Of a DNA stretch of 64,000 nt, positions 1 through 11,300 are shown piece by piece. Within the stretch, counting starts at the first letter, position 1; every line of letters starts with the position of its first letter. The stretch spans positions 134,835,574-134,899,573 of the forward strand of contig NC_085841.1 of NCBI RefSeq assembly GCF_035594765.1. The letters are read 5' to 3'. The notes below the pieces were generated by a model. It saw only the letters and a program-made list of their open reading frames with translations. It was not told the DNA's origin and did not search any database. Source of the stretch: Anolis carolinensis. Taxonomy: Eukaryota. Both the position numbers and the translations under genes were made by a program.

Positions 1-60
1 TCACCCCAAAGGGACTCAGAGTGGATTCTAATCACAAAACGGCAAACTTTCAATACCTGA
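1..60 (-). mobile_element. 3' tail fragment of L2 LINE or L2-tailed SINE
   Basis: Reverse complement resembles the tail gtgatccgccctgagtccccttcggggtga at ~16890-16920. Confidence 0.6.
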
Positions 61-234
61 ATACAACAAACCATGCACGCATAATAGCAAAAATAGCAAA
101 CCTAACATATAAAAACAGATTATAACTTAACATCTAAAATTAAAATAAGACATAACCTATCAAATAAATGATATCAATACAGAACAAAACATCAAACAGA
201 AGCATCAATTTCCCAGAGCCCTACTTGACCCTAC

Positions 235-455
235 CCTCCAGGGTAGCAGAGAACAGGCTATTTGTCTCCTCTCTGTGGTCGTCCTTGAGGTATTTAAAGA
301 GTGCACTCAGGCACCCCTGTCTTCACGACACAGAACAGGCCCAGCTCCTCCAATCATTTACCATGACTCTTGCCATCCTTGTTGTCCTTCTCTGAACCTG
401 CTGCTATATCGTTCTTAAAATACAATGCCCTGGATTGTACACACTATTCCAGTAT
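235..455 (-). mobile_element. Degraded CR1 LINE 3' fragment
   Basis: Resembles the CR1 ORF2 3' end (gtatttaaaga..., gccatccttgttgtccttctctgaacctgct, tgtacacactattccag). Confidence 0.6.
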
Positions 456-1562
456 TACTCATATCTCCTTATTTGAGATTTCTGAGTTTTGTTTCTGAAA
501 AACATCATTCACCACCTCTTCTTGGTTCTAAAGTGGCCTTTAGAAAATTCCTACCACAATTTTGTATTTTTCTACTTCTCCATGTTTTATCCAAATGCTC
601 CCAACTGTTCCTCTCTGATCACTCTCATGGATTTCTGTACAAATGAATTTGTCTTTGACATATAATGCTACTCCCCCTTCTTTTCTGTCACATCTATTCT
701 TTTCAAATAGGTTATATCCTTCAAATGCAGTATTCCAATTATGTGATTCATCCTACCAGGCCTCTATTCTGCCTGTAAGGTCATATTTACCTTCTTACAC
801 TGGGACTTCAAACTCATGTTGTTTGTTTAATGCATAGACATTTGAAACTGAATTTGTTATCACCTACAAATTTATTGTCAGTTTTGCCATTGTGCACATT
901 CTCCCACTCAGCCTCTCCTCTAGAACTTAGCTTGCCTTTTAATTTGCTTTTAATTCTACTGATAGTTTCATTACATTTTAATGTGGGTGCATTTTAGTGA
1001 TGTGAATTCTTTATATCTTTAGAACTTCTCTAACCTGTTTTGAATTTAATGGCTGGGGAAAGGCAGGATATAAATAAACAAAAATATATAATAAACAGGT
1101 AAATGGCATTCCTTTTTTGTGTGTGCATGTAACTTGGGTTGCTACAAGGACATGTGGTCTTACTACTATGGCATGTTATACCATTATCCAGCAACTCTTA
1201 GCAATTCAATTGACTTTTTCTAAAAAAAAGAAAATTAAAAAGGAATAACTAAAAGTAGGATCATAGAACTATATAATGATAGAAGTACTGAACGTAATTA
1301 TTTTAACTAATGGGAAAAGTGTGTTTATGGCTGCTTATATCTGTGTATATAATTGTAATAGCAATTAAGAAACTTTAGTTTGTTAGAATTGCATGCTGAA
1401 CAAATGTTGGGAAGGAATGCTAAGGAAAGAACCATTGAATATTAACGTGAAAGGAAAAAGTAGAGGGGAAATGCTCATCAAAAGAAAAAACAAAGATGGT
1501 TTGCATTGCATTAATTTAAAGGAGATTGCATTATTTAACCATAAGTGATTATTACATAGCTG

Positions 1563-1594
<32 letters not shown>
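1563..1594 (+). repeat. (TGA)n microsatellite
   Basis: Visible directly; source of the spurious poly-His ORF. Confidence 0.95.
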
Positions 1595-1635
1595 TTGATA
1601 TCTTTTCTGTTTCTTTTCCCTTCCTTCTTTTTCAG

Positions 1636-1701
1636 AGGAAGACGGTGGTGACCTCCTCAAGACGGGGATCAGTTTTCCGGGGACACCAGAGGAAGAGCTA
1701 G
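1636..1701 (+). CDS. DLGAP2: DLGAP2 66-nt coding exon (N-terminal extension of long isoform), phase 1-1
   Basis: Polypyrimidine tract + ttcAG acceptor, donor G|GTACT. Translates (E)EDGGDLLKTGISFPGTPEEEL(D), matching my recollection of mammalian DLGAP2 EEEAGDLVQPGISFPGPAEEDLD. Terminal G joins AT at 43826 to rebuild the Asp codon in frame. Confidence 0.9.
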   Translation, partial: RKTVVTSSRRGSVFRGHQRKS

Positions 1702-2047
1702 GTACTAATGTTTTTCCTATATAAAGAAAACTAGTTGTAAACAAATGCAAACTGCCACACAACACCTTCAAGGATTGAAAAGCAAGTATAATTTTATGTA
1801 CCTTTCAATTTTTACCCAAAATTCCTTAGTTATATGACATTTTTCTTCCCTAGCTTTTCTTACCATTTGAACTAGGCCAAAAGACAAAATAAAATACCTT
1901 GAACTGTAAACATGAGTCGAACTAAGGAAGGAAAGAAAGAATCAATAAAGGGTTTGAAAGTTCTACATTTCTATCTAGGTAAATTAAACACATGAGTCCA
2001 TACTGTGTAGCTTTTTTATCATGTCAGAAGCAAATTAAGAACATATG

Positions 2048-2246
2048 GCAAGTCGCTTCTAGTGTAAGAGAATCAGCCATCTACAAAGATGTTGCCCAGG
2101 GGACGCACAGATGTGTTACCATACTGCATGGGAAGCTAGGGCTGACAGACAGTAGCTCACCCCATCTTGCAGATTTGAACCACCAACCTTCAGGTCAGCA
2201 GTTCAGCCAGCACAAGTGTTTAACCCATTGTGCCACCACGGCCCCC
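2048..2246 (-). mobile_element. tRNA-headed SINE (Sauria-like head, distinct tail)
   Basis: Minus strand starts ggggccgtggtggcacaatgggttaaac (A box) and has a ggttcaaatc B box. Its tail is shared with 50683-50805. Confidence 0.75.
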
Positions 2247-3867
2247 TGCGTAGCCGATAAACGACTTGTTGACAGCCAGATAACCAAACATTTTTGGAAA
2301 GCCTCCAGTTGTCCTTCAGATGTTGGGAACTTGAACTCACAGAATTCTAGGATATTGACCATAATGAGAGTTGAAGACCCAAACTTCTAGAAGATTAAAG
2401 TTTAAGAACCACTAAGCTAGTGGAGATAGAATCTCACATACACACCATTACATATGTATGACTTTTCAAGAGTCTTCTTTGCCACATGTATGCAATGTGA
2501 GCTTGCCCATGTCTCTCAAAGTTATGGATAACATACCTTATAGGTACAGTTAGCCAATATTTCCTTCATAGAGACTTCTTGAGCATGAAGGAGGCCTGGC
2601 TGTACAAACCTCACATCCACCTGTGCTAAAAATTCAAAGCGTAGTAGGTCACCTCCTTGAAAGAGCCATAAAATACATGCAGTATCCACTGAATATCACA
2701 TTGTTTGTCAATCACATGCATGTATGTGTTGTTAATATTTCTGTCAGTTGGCTATTGTCACTTTACAATGCAATGAAAGGGGGCAGTGGTAGAAAAGCTC
2801 TGCACATTTTCAGCAAGAAGTGGCCTGTCATTAATCTTTTTTTTTCTTTAAAAATGTCCAAAGAGTTTCAGTGGTAGTTGTGTATTTGCAGTCTTTTGGT
2901 ACACATAAAAAGGCACTAGTTTTTCCTCCCCTAAACTATAGCATAGTATAGTCTTGGTTGTTGATAACTGTTTTGCATATTGTTGGAGCAAAATGTGGCA
3001 CAGTAGTGGGAAAGTACAGCATTTTTAGTGATGAGGAATATTGTATAGACAATATATTGTAGAATGATCAGTCCTTTTGAAATGATTGTTTCAGTTGACT
3101 TTCTGCCACAAAAGATGAACTCAGTACTAAATTTCACACGTCATTAAGGATCACACATCCCAGGACTGCTGCATCCATTTCTTATAATTTTCTTAAGAAG
3201 CAAAGGAGAGGGAGGCTCTGAGGTTTGATTATAGAGGGCCAGCAAATCCATGCTGTAAGAATAGGTGTTTTAGGTTGCGATAATGATTTATATTCCCAGA
3301 CCCTGGGCTAATTTATTTCATTCTTTCATTGTGCAAATCACACATGTCATGTGAAACACAAAGAGACAAACTAATTGAATTGAGGCCTCATTTTATTTCA
3401 TTACCCCAACTGTGCTACTTAAACCACCAATTATTCAAGTAAGATGCATGCAAGGTGTAATAAGCCTGTTAAATACAAAATAGGTGGCATAAAGTCATCC
3501 CTGACTCCTGCATGAGAAATTTGTTTTCTGCCATTAATCTTGGCAGTCCACAGTTTTATTGTGATTCAGGAAACAGAAGATTCAGTTGTTTGGAAAACTA
3601 TTCAGCAAATTGTCAGAGGCATTCAAAACAATTCTGATTAAGATTCTTATGCAATGACTGAACTTTGCAGACAACCTTCTATTGTTGCATTTGCAGTGGG
3701 TCATTTTCTTCTAACTCAAGTAAATGCCTCATTCCTTACTAGCATTTAACATCAGAACTTTCTCACCTTTAAGAAGCCAGGTATTTTGAGTCTGTATTTT
3801 GTTTAACCTGTGCTGCAAGCCATCATTGATCCCATCCTGGGGGACATTTGGGATTTTAAAATAGTTC

Positions 3868-3981
3868 CCGTATATATGATTATAAGCCAAGTTTACAGCA
3901 CATTGTTAATGCGGTAAAATTAGGTAAAATTAGGTACCTTGGCTTATATTCAGGTTGGCTTATACTGGAGTATATGCAGTA
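3868..3981. mobile_element. Degraded Tc1/mariner-pogo MITE
   Basis: Imperfect TIRs ccgtatatatgattataagcc / ggcttatactggagtatatgcagta. Confidence 0.55.
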
Positions 3982-4472
3982 TTCTTTGAGGTTGCTTGAG
4001 TGGTGGATGAGCAATAAACATATTGGCAGGTGGTGGAAAGAAGAGGAAAGAGTTACAGATCAGTGTCTAAACATAACAGAATGCTATAAAGTCATATCTT
4101 GTGGCTTAGGAAGGACAGTTTTTCATGACTACCTCATTTCTAGGCATTTGAGAAAATTCTCAACTTGGCATTTTCTTCTGTAATTTTAGAAATGTTCTTC
4201 CTACCTTGAGAAAGTATTTGAAACTGTTTTGACTTTGAAACCTAATTAGGACTTTTTCTGCACAACATCCACATGTTTTTCAGAGAAGAAATTTTCAGTA
4301 CAGGAAATGGCTTTTTCTACACAGAAAATACTTTCCTGTGTGAAAAAGGCTATTTTCTGTGCAAAATAATTATGCACAAAATGTGCAAATGTGCGCAGAA
4401 TAAATCCTGTAATGCAAATAATCTTTTCATTTCTGGTTTCTTCTCATCAGCATTTCTCAACACTCAAGAGGA

Positions 4473-4473
4473 A

Positions 4474-4516
<43 letters not shown>
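4473..4516 (+). repeat. (TGT)n microsatellite
   Basis: Visible directly. Confidence 0.95.
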
Positions 4517-4838
4517 CTTAAGCTATTTATTTTGAAATATTATTTTCACTCCCATTCCTACCACTATCCCCCAAAAACAATGCCCTATTGAATTTATAGG
4601 CCATCTGGAAACCACTTCCATAGCAAATTAAATTATAAAATATATTTCATTTGAAAAATAAAAGTGTGTATACTCTTACATCTTTTGGTTGGTTTAGAAA
4701 ACCAATGGTTTAAGCAGTTAATTAATACAATAAAAGAACATGGTTTCATTCATTAGCATTAATTTTTCAAGTTTTAATGGGTAGGTAGCATTAACAAATT
4801 AGTTTTGATACCGAACATTCGAAACTTTATTATTAATA

Positions 4839-4995
4839 CCGTATTTCTTCAATTTTGAAACACCATTGATTGTAAGAAACACATTAATTTTAGCACCACC
4901 AACCAAAAAGATATATACATAGGAGCACGAGTGATTCTAAGATGCACCCCATTTTTAGAGAGGTAAGAGTGTATCTTAGAACAGAAGAAATATCT
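4839..4995. mobile_element. Degraded Tc1/mariner-pogo MITE
   Basis: TA-ccgtatttcttc ... gaagaaatat termini with internal ttctaagatgcac-type subrepeats. Confidence 0.55.
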
Positions 4996-6383
4996 CAAAC
5001 CTATACGTGCATTTATTTATGGCATCCATATATACTGTGCTTAATGAACATTTACTAATGGCAATTTAAAGTGCAAATTAGGTTTGCTCTTTTTTAATTC
5101 TGGCAATGGTACCCTATTTTTATTTTTCTAACACTGAGATGATCCTTTTAATTAGCGCAACATTATGTTATGTATTTGTTGTTGTTTCTTTTAATTATGA
5201 GATGATTTTCTGTGTATTGCCAATGTACAAATTAAATTCTGGAGGCATAGGCCAGCAGGAGAGCCAACATTATAGGGAATGCAAAGCAGGTGCAAAAATC
5301 CCTGGATTCTTTTTAATTAGCGTAAAAAATATGGAAAACCAAAGCGAAACTTTAGGCAGCCCCAGCAATTCTTGGAATAACTTTCCCATTACACACCTGA
5401 ATGATTTGACATCCTTTTCTGTTTTTTAGAGAGCTTCAGTCTTTAATTCTTCAGTTGTCTTTAAATTATACTTAAACTTGTTGTGAGGATAGGTTAAGTT
5501 CTGTATCATTACAGATATCCTTGTACTGATGCTGGAGAGGAGTCTACAGGGTATGAAATATTTCTTAGTCTGGCAATCAGACCTTGCGACCGGAGTCACA
5601 CACGTTTGGAAAGCTGCAGGCATGATAGTCTATTCCTCCCAGATTTCATCCCATTCCTAAAAAACAGAAAGTCCTGAAAAAAAGTTGTCTGTTTTGAATG
5701 TTAGCTCCATCCCCACCATTCAACGCCAATCTTGTGCATTGTTTACTTGCACTAGGAAGCATTGAAAATTAGGACTGTTCCACGGGGGAATAAGGCTCAG
5801 AAGGTACTATTTTGGGGGATGCTATTTTGAAAATCTCTGGCTCAAGCATCTTCTGGCTGCCTGTTTTCACTCTGGGCTTGAATGCTGAGTCTATGTTTAG
5901 CCCCCAGAACACTGATGTTTCTGAAAAACTGATGCCTCCCATCTGTATTTGAAATCCTAGTTACTGATCCCAATGACTGTGCATTTTCTGAAGAAATCTT
6001 ATAATAAAGGCTGGTGTATTGAAGAATAATTTCATATGAATGAGAAATGATGAACATTGATTTTCCGCTGGAAAGTTATTTGCTATGGAAGGAGAGAAAG
6101 AGAAAAGAAAAAGTGATGTGTGCCATGCTACTGTATCCTAAAAGGAAAATAGTCTGTTATGGCAGGCATGTAGCCCGGGGGGGGGGGGGGCTTGAGGGGC
6201 TTGAGCCCTCCCCCCCCCCAAATTCTCAGGGCAGTCCATGAGAAGGCCTTACATTTATTATTTAAACTGTTATGTCTATTCATATCATGATCTGATCACC
6301 ATGCTCAATATATCCCATATGCATGGGGGTATTGGGATAACAATACAAAAGGTTTGCTAGGGTAGATCCTCTCTCACCCAGAC

Positions 6384-7355
6384 TGTGATGACCCATGGGC
6401 CTTGTAGTCCTGCTCAGGACATTGTAATCCCTGATGAAGAAGAAAACTTGGGTTTTTTACCTTCCCAGTCAGAACTGGAATCTTCTCAGCCAGATCTTTC
6501 CCAGGCAGATCTGGGAACCTTGCACCTGCAAGAAAGTTGTGTCCCAGAAGTATGTCAAACAAACCCAGAGCCCACATCTCCCGTGTTCTTGCGCCGTGAG
6601 TTTTGTAAACAACAGAGGGGTTTGGAAGCAGCTTCGCGCAGGAGTGCTAGAATTGCAGCTAAGAATGTAGCCAATTAAGACTGCTTTCCGTGAGAATCTT
6701 TAGGGAGTCAAACATCTGGTCCCAGAGTTTAGCTTTCGTTTCTGGTTCCCAGAGAACTGCTTCGGCGGGAAAGTTAGACTCTATATAGGTGTTTTACCCG
6801 CGTAGTAACTTCGCGGAGTCAATTCGTCAGCCTCCGGAGCGAGTTGTGTCTGGACAGCGCGCTCCGTTTCAAGCCTCGTTCCTGCTCAAGCCTTGCCCTG
6901 CTTTCCAGCCTTCGCTCCAGTTTCCAGCCTTTGTTTACCTACGGACCTTGCTTGTTTCCCGGGACTATACCTTGCCTTGTATCACGGATTTTACCACGTT
7001 ATTCCACGGACCTTGTTCTTGTTCCTTGTTACCTTGTTCCACGTTTTAAGCCTTGCTTCAAGTATCAAGTTATTTCCTAGCCTTGCTCAAGTTTATGGAC
7101 TAAAGGACCTTGTCATCTCCCCTCACTTTGCCTGGCAAAGTGAGTGTTTCGGTTATTGGATTACAACTTTGGATCATAATATTTCATATTGGACATTGCT
7201 TTTTTGGACTAATTTTGACCTTTCCTGAAAGGTCTGCTTCTGAACTAACTTTTACATTTATTTTTATTAATCTTATATATTTCCTTAATAAAGATATTAG
7301 ATTGAATCTGGCCTCTGCGTATGGTTATTGGTGCTCTGTAGCCTGGGTCCTGACA
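6384..7355 (+). repeat. 5' LTR (972 bp)
   Basis: Starts TG after the TSD and ends CCTGACA. TATATA at 6782-6787, AATAAA at 7287-7292. Its last 87 bp recur at 11318-11404. Confidence 0.93.
6385..6678 (+). other. 97-codon open frame in LTR U3: acidic/Pro-Ser-rich peptide ending RRSARIAAK
   Basis: ORF track; open from the second base of the LTR. Translation and function are inferred only. Confidence 0.45.
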
Positions 7356-7357
7356 GT

Positions 7358-7367
7358 TTGACTCTGC
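7358..7367 (+). promoter_or_regulatory. Candidate self-priming primer-binding site
   Basis: No TGG tRNA-type PBS after the LTR. TTGACTCTGC pairs with GCGGAGTCAA at 6813-6822 (one G-U), 31 nt downstream of the TATA box. Confidence 0.7.
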
Positions 7368-7397
7368 CACCCTAAGCACCAATTAACCTCGGCCAGA

Positions 7398-8390
7398 ATG
7401 TCTACCGGAACCGTACCTGGGCCGAGCGGCCAGCCGATTACCTACACCATCGACAAGGATGAGGTGGATCGAATCCGTGATAAGCTCAATGCCCAGGATG
7501 GAGAAATAAAAGGTTTGAAGGAACGCGGAATCCGTCTACCGGCCATGGCGTTGCCAACCAAGTTTACTGGAGAAGCTTCTAAGGTTCATGTTTTCCGTCG
7601 CCAATGCCAAGCTTATCTAGAGGCCCGTGCTGCCGAATTTCCCCAAGAAGACATCAAGGTGGCATGGGTTTACAGTCTTCTAGACGGGCCAGCGGCCAAC
7701 TGGGCGACGGCACTGTTCGACCAAGCCTCTCCACACCTAAGATCCGCGCAACGCTTCTTGGACCACCTTAAAGAGACTTGGGGAATCGAGGACAATTTGG
7801 AGGCAGCCGGTCACAAACTCCGTCGCCTCTTCCAAGGAGACAGACCTATGTCTCAGTACATAGCCGAGTTCCGAGTGCTGGCCCATAACACCGGCTGGAA
7901 TGATGTAGCCCTCAGGGGACAATTCCGGGAGGGTCTCAACATCGAAATGCTGGAGGAAATCTCCAAGGTGGATCCTCCCCAGACCCTCGAAGCACTCATT
8001 GATCAATGTTTACGGGCTGAAGTCATGATTGCCAACAGGAAACAGTGGGTTCGAGGCCAGAGCGGTAGAGCTGGGGCAAAACCCCCCGCTCCCGCCAGCG
8101 TTCAGCCACGTCCAGTGTGGAGACCCCCACCACCAACCCCATACCCCAGAGGAAGCGAGGAGGTGCCGATGCAGTTGGGCAACGTGCGTCCCAGATTAGA
8201 TGCCGCCGAGAAGGCCCGTCGTCAACGCTTAAACCTCTGTTGGTACTGCGGGAACGGGGGCCACTTCGCCAGAGAGTGCCCAGCCAAAGGGAAGCCCGCC
8301 GCCCGTCTTGCGGCGGCGTCCTCCACGGAGACGAAGGCGTCTGAGCCGGCTGGCACACAGCCGGCGGGGGAAGCCAACGACCGGGCGTAG
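7398..8390 (+). CDS. gag: Gag (retrotransposon capsid plus CCHC zinc knuckle), PEG10/RTL-like sushi type
   Basis: 330-aa intact ORF with LPTKFTG, LLDGPAANWA, QGDRPMSQYIAEF, GWND..L..QFREGL and CWYCGNGGHFAREC. Confidence 0.95.
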   Translation: MSTGTVPGPSGQPITYTIDKDEVDRIRDKLNAQDGEIKGLKERGIRLPAMALPTKFTGEASKVHVFRRQCQAYLEARAAEFPQEDIKVAWVYSLLDGPAANWATALFDQASPHLRSAQRFLDHLKETWGIEDNLEAAGHKLRRLFQGDRPMSQYIAEFRVLAHNTGWNDVALRGQFREGLNIEMLEEISKVDPPQTLEALIDQCLRAEVMIANRKQWVRGQSGRAGAKPPAPASVQPRPVWRPPPPTPYPRGSEEVPMQLGNVRPRLDAAEKARRQRLNLCWYCGNGGHFARECPAKGKPAARLAAASSTETKASEPAGTQPAGEANDRA

Positions 8391-11300
8391 AGAGGCTCGC
8401 CAACCCGGTCAAAAAACCCGTTCAAGAGCCGCCAACCGGAGTCCTGTTCCTTCTCGTGGTCACCTTATGGTCAGCAATGATAGACGCCATGATAGACTCC
8501 GGAGCCACCAACAATTTCATTGATAGAGAGTATGCCGACTCTCTGGGATTACAATATCATGATTTCAAGAATGCCCGTGTGGTGCAAGCCATAGACGGCC
8601 GCCCCCTCAAGACGGGCCCCGTAAGTCAGTGGTCGGAACCCACCAGGATGTGGATAAGGGAACATATGGAAGAGATTTCTTTCTTTGTTACCGAGGTTCC
8701 CCATTTCCCTGTGATTTTGGGAATTCCATGGCTGACTCTCCACGACCCAAGCATCTCCTGGTCCAACAGAGAACTGCAGTTTGCTTCACAGTACTGCCAA
8801 AACCATTGCCTTGTAGCCAAGGTCTGCCATGCCACAGACACCGAGCCCATCATCACCCTGCCCAAGAAGTACTCCGAGTATTGGGATGTATTCAATGAAA
8901 AAGAAGCCGAGAAATTACCCCCACATAGACCTTATGACTGTGCCATTGACCTGGTGGAGGGGGCCCCGATCCCGCGAGGGCACCTATACTCCCTGACTGA
9001 ACCAGAGCAAGAAGCTCTCAGGGAATTCATAGAGACAAACCTTCGCAAGGGATTCATCAGACCCTCTCAATCCCCAGCCGCCTCCCCAGTGATGTTTGTG
9101 AAGAAGAAGTCAGGGGAACTACGCTTGGTGGTGGACTACAGAGCATTGAACAATATCACCAAGCGGAACAGCTATCCCCTGCCCTTAATCTCGGATCTAC
9201 TGGATCGGCTTCGAGGAGCCAAGGTTTACACCAAGCTGGATCTTCGGGGGGCTTACAACTTAGTTCGCATCAGAGAAGGGGACGAGTGGAAGACCGCCTT
9301 CCAGACCAAATTCGGATTATTCGAGTCCCGAGTTATGAATTATGGATTATGCGGAGCTCCCGCAACGTTCCAGCATTTTGTCAATGACATTTTTCAGGAC
9401 TATCTAGATAGGTTCTTGATAATCTACCTGGACGATTTTTTGGTGTTTTCTAGATCACAATCAGAACATGAGAACCACGTCAAAATGGTGTTACAACGAT
9501 TGCGGGATCATGGACTTTATGCCAAGTTGGAAAAATGCGCTTTTGATCTACAAGAGGTAGATTTCCTTGGTTACCGTATCTCGCCTCTAGGGCTCTCCAT
9601 GGATCCAGCCAAGGTTTCAGCAGTATTGGAATGGCGGGCGCCAACTAACAAGAAAGAGGTGCAGCGTTTCTTGGGGTTCGCGAACTATTACCGCAAGTTC
9701 ATTCCAGATTTTGCCCGCTGGTCTGACCCAATCACTAGCTGCATCCGTGGAAAACAGCCCTTCCGCTGGACTGATCAAGCAGAGAAAGGGTTCCAGCAAC
9801 TAAAGAAATTATTCACGTCCCAGCCAATTCTACAGCACCCAGATCCTGGAACCCCTTTTGTTGTGCAAGCGGACGCCTCTGATGTGGCAATTGGGGCTGT
9901 ACTCTTACAACCGGTGGGAGACCACCTTCATCCCTGTGCCTTTTACTCCCGTCAACTAACCACACCAGAGAGAAATTACACCATTTGGGAAAAGGAACTA
10001 CTGGCCATAAAGGCAGCCTTTGAAACTTGGAGACATTGGCTAGAAGGGGCCAAATTTCCCATTGAAGTCCACACTGATCATCGAAATCTAGAACATCTAA
10101 GAACTGCCCGCAAACTAAATCAGAGGCAGCAACATTGGGCTTTGTTCTTTGAACGTTTCAACTTCCAGATTCATTATGTGACCCCAGCCCAAACCAAGCA
10201 AGCAGACGCCCTGTCACGTAAACCGGAATACGCTGCAGGACGCAAGGAGACCTTTGAATCCCAATTACTACAACCCGAGAACTTTGCCACGCTCACAGTG
10301 GGGAACACCAAATCCACTCCCATTGGTTCAACTTCCTCTACTCCAGGACCCATCTGTGCTCAAGAAATCAGGGCTAGTCAGCAAGCAGATGCCTGGGCGC
10401 AGGACCAACTTCGTCAAGGTCTGCATTTTCCCTTTTCGCTTAAAGATGGACTGCTATGCTATAGAAATCATGTTTATATCCCACCCGGACCGGGCAGGGA
10501 AAAAGCGCTTCGTCTGTGTCATGACTGCAAACCAGCAGGGCATTTCGGACTATTTAAAACCATGCATCTGATCCTAAGGGATTTTTGGTGGCCCAAGATC
10601 CGCAAAGATGTGGAAAAATATGTCAACACCTGCCCAGTATGCCAGCGCTCCAAGATAAGAAGGGAGAAGCCCTCAGGGCTTCTGCATCCCCTTCCTACCC
10701 CATCTCGGCCATGGGAAATAATTTCTGCGGATTTCATCACTGACCTACCACCTTCCTGTGGATTCACCACGATCCTAGTGGTGGTGGACCTTTTCACCAA
10801 GTTAGCCCATTTCATTCCCTGTGAAGGTCTTCCCACGGCCAAAGAGACTGCAGATCTATTCCTTCTACATGTTTTCAGACTACATGGATTGCCCAAGAGT
10901 TTAGTCACAGACCGTGGATCTCAATTCACCTCTCGTTTTTGGAAGGCACTACAAAAACTATTGGGCATAGACTCTCGCTTATCTTCAGCTCATCATCCCC
11001 AAACAGATGGGCAAACGGAGCGCACCAATGCCACTTTGGAGCAGTATCTTCGCTGTTATGTAAACTACCAACAGGACAATTGGGCTTCTCTGTTACCACT
11101 GTCAGAGTTTGCCTATAACAATGGAGTTCAAGCTTCTACAAAAGAAACGCTGTTCTTTGCAAACTACGGCTTCCATCCACGTTTCTTTCCCCCTGTCATT
11201 GAAACTTCAGAAGTTCCCGCAGCAGAGGATTGGCTGCAGGAACTCACAGCGGTACAACAACTTTTGCTCCAGCAACTAGACCAAGCCAAGGAGGACTATA

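Noticed and set aside
1535-1771. Minus-strand ORF with poly-His
   Set aside because: Artefact of the (TGA)n microsatellite, antisense to the real DLGAP2 exon.
4273-4591. Poly-Cys/poly-Val ORFs (likewise poly-Leu/Ile at 15356-15914 and poly-Gln/Cys at 37320-37566)
   Set aside because: Translations of trinucleotide microsatellites; no coding evidence.
6870-7110. CCTTG-rich short repeats resembling an array
   Set aside because: Irregular LTR subrepeats with no constant repeat-spacer structure; not CRISPR, and the DNA is eukaryotic.
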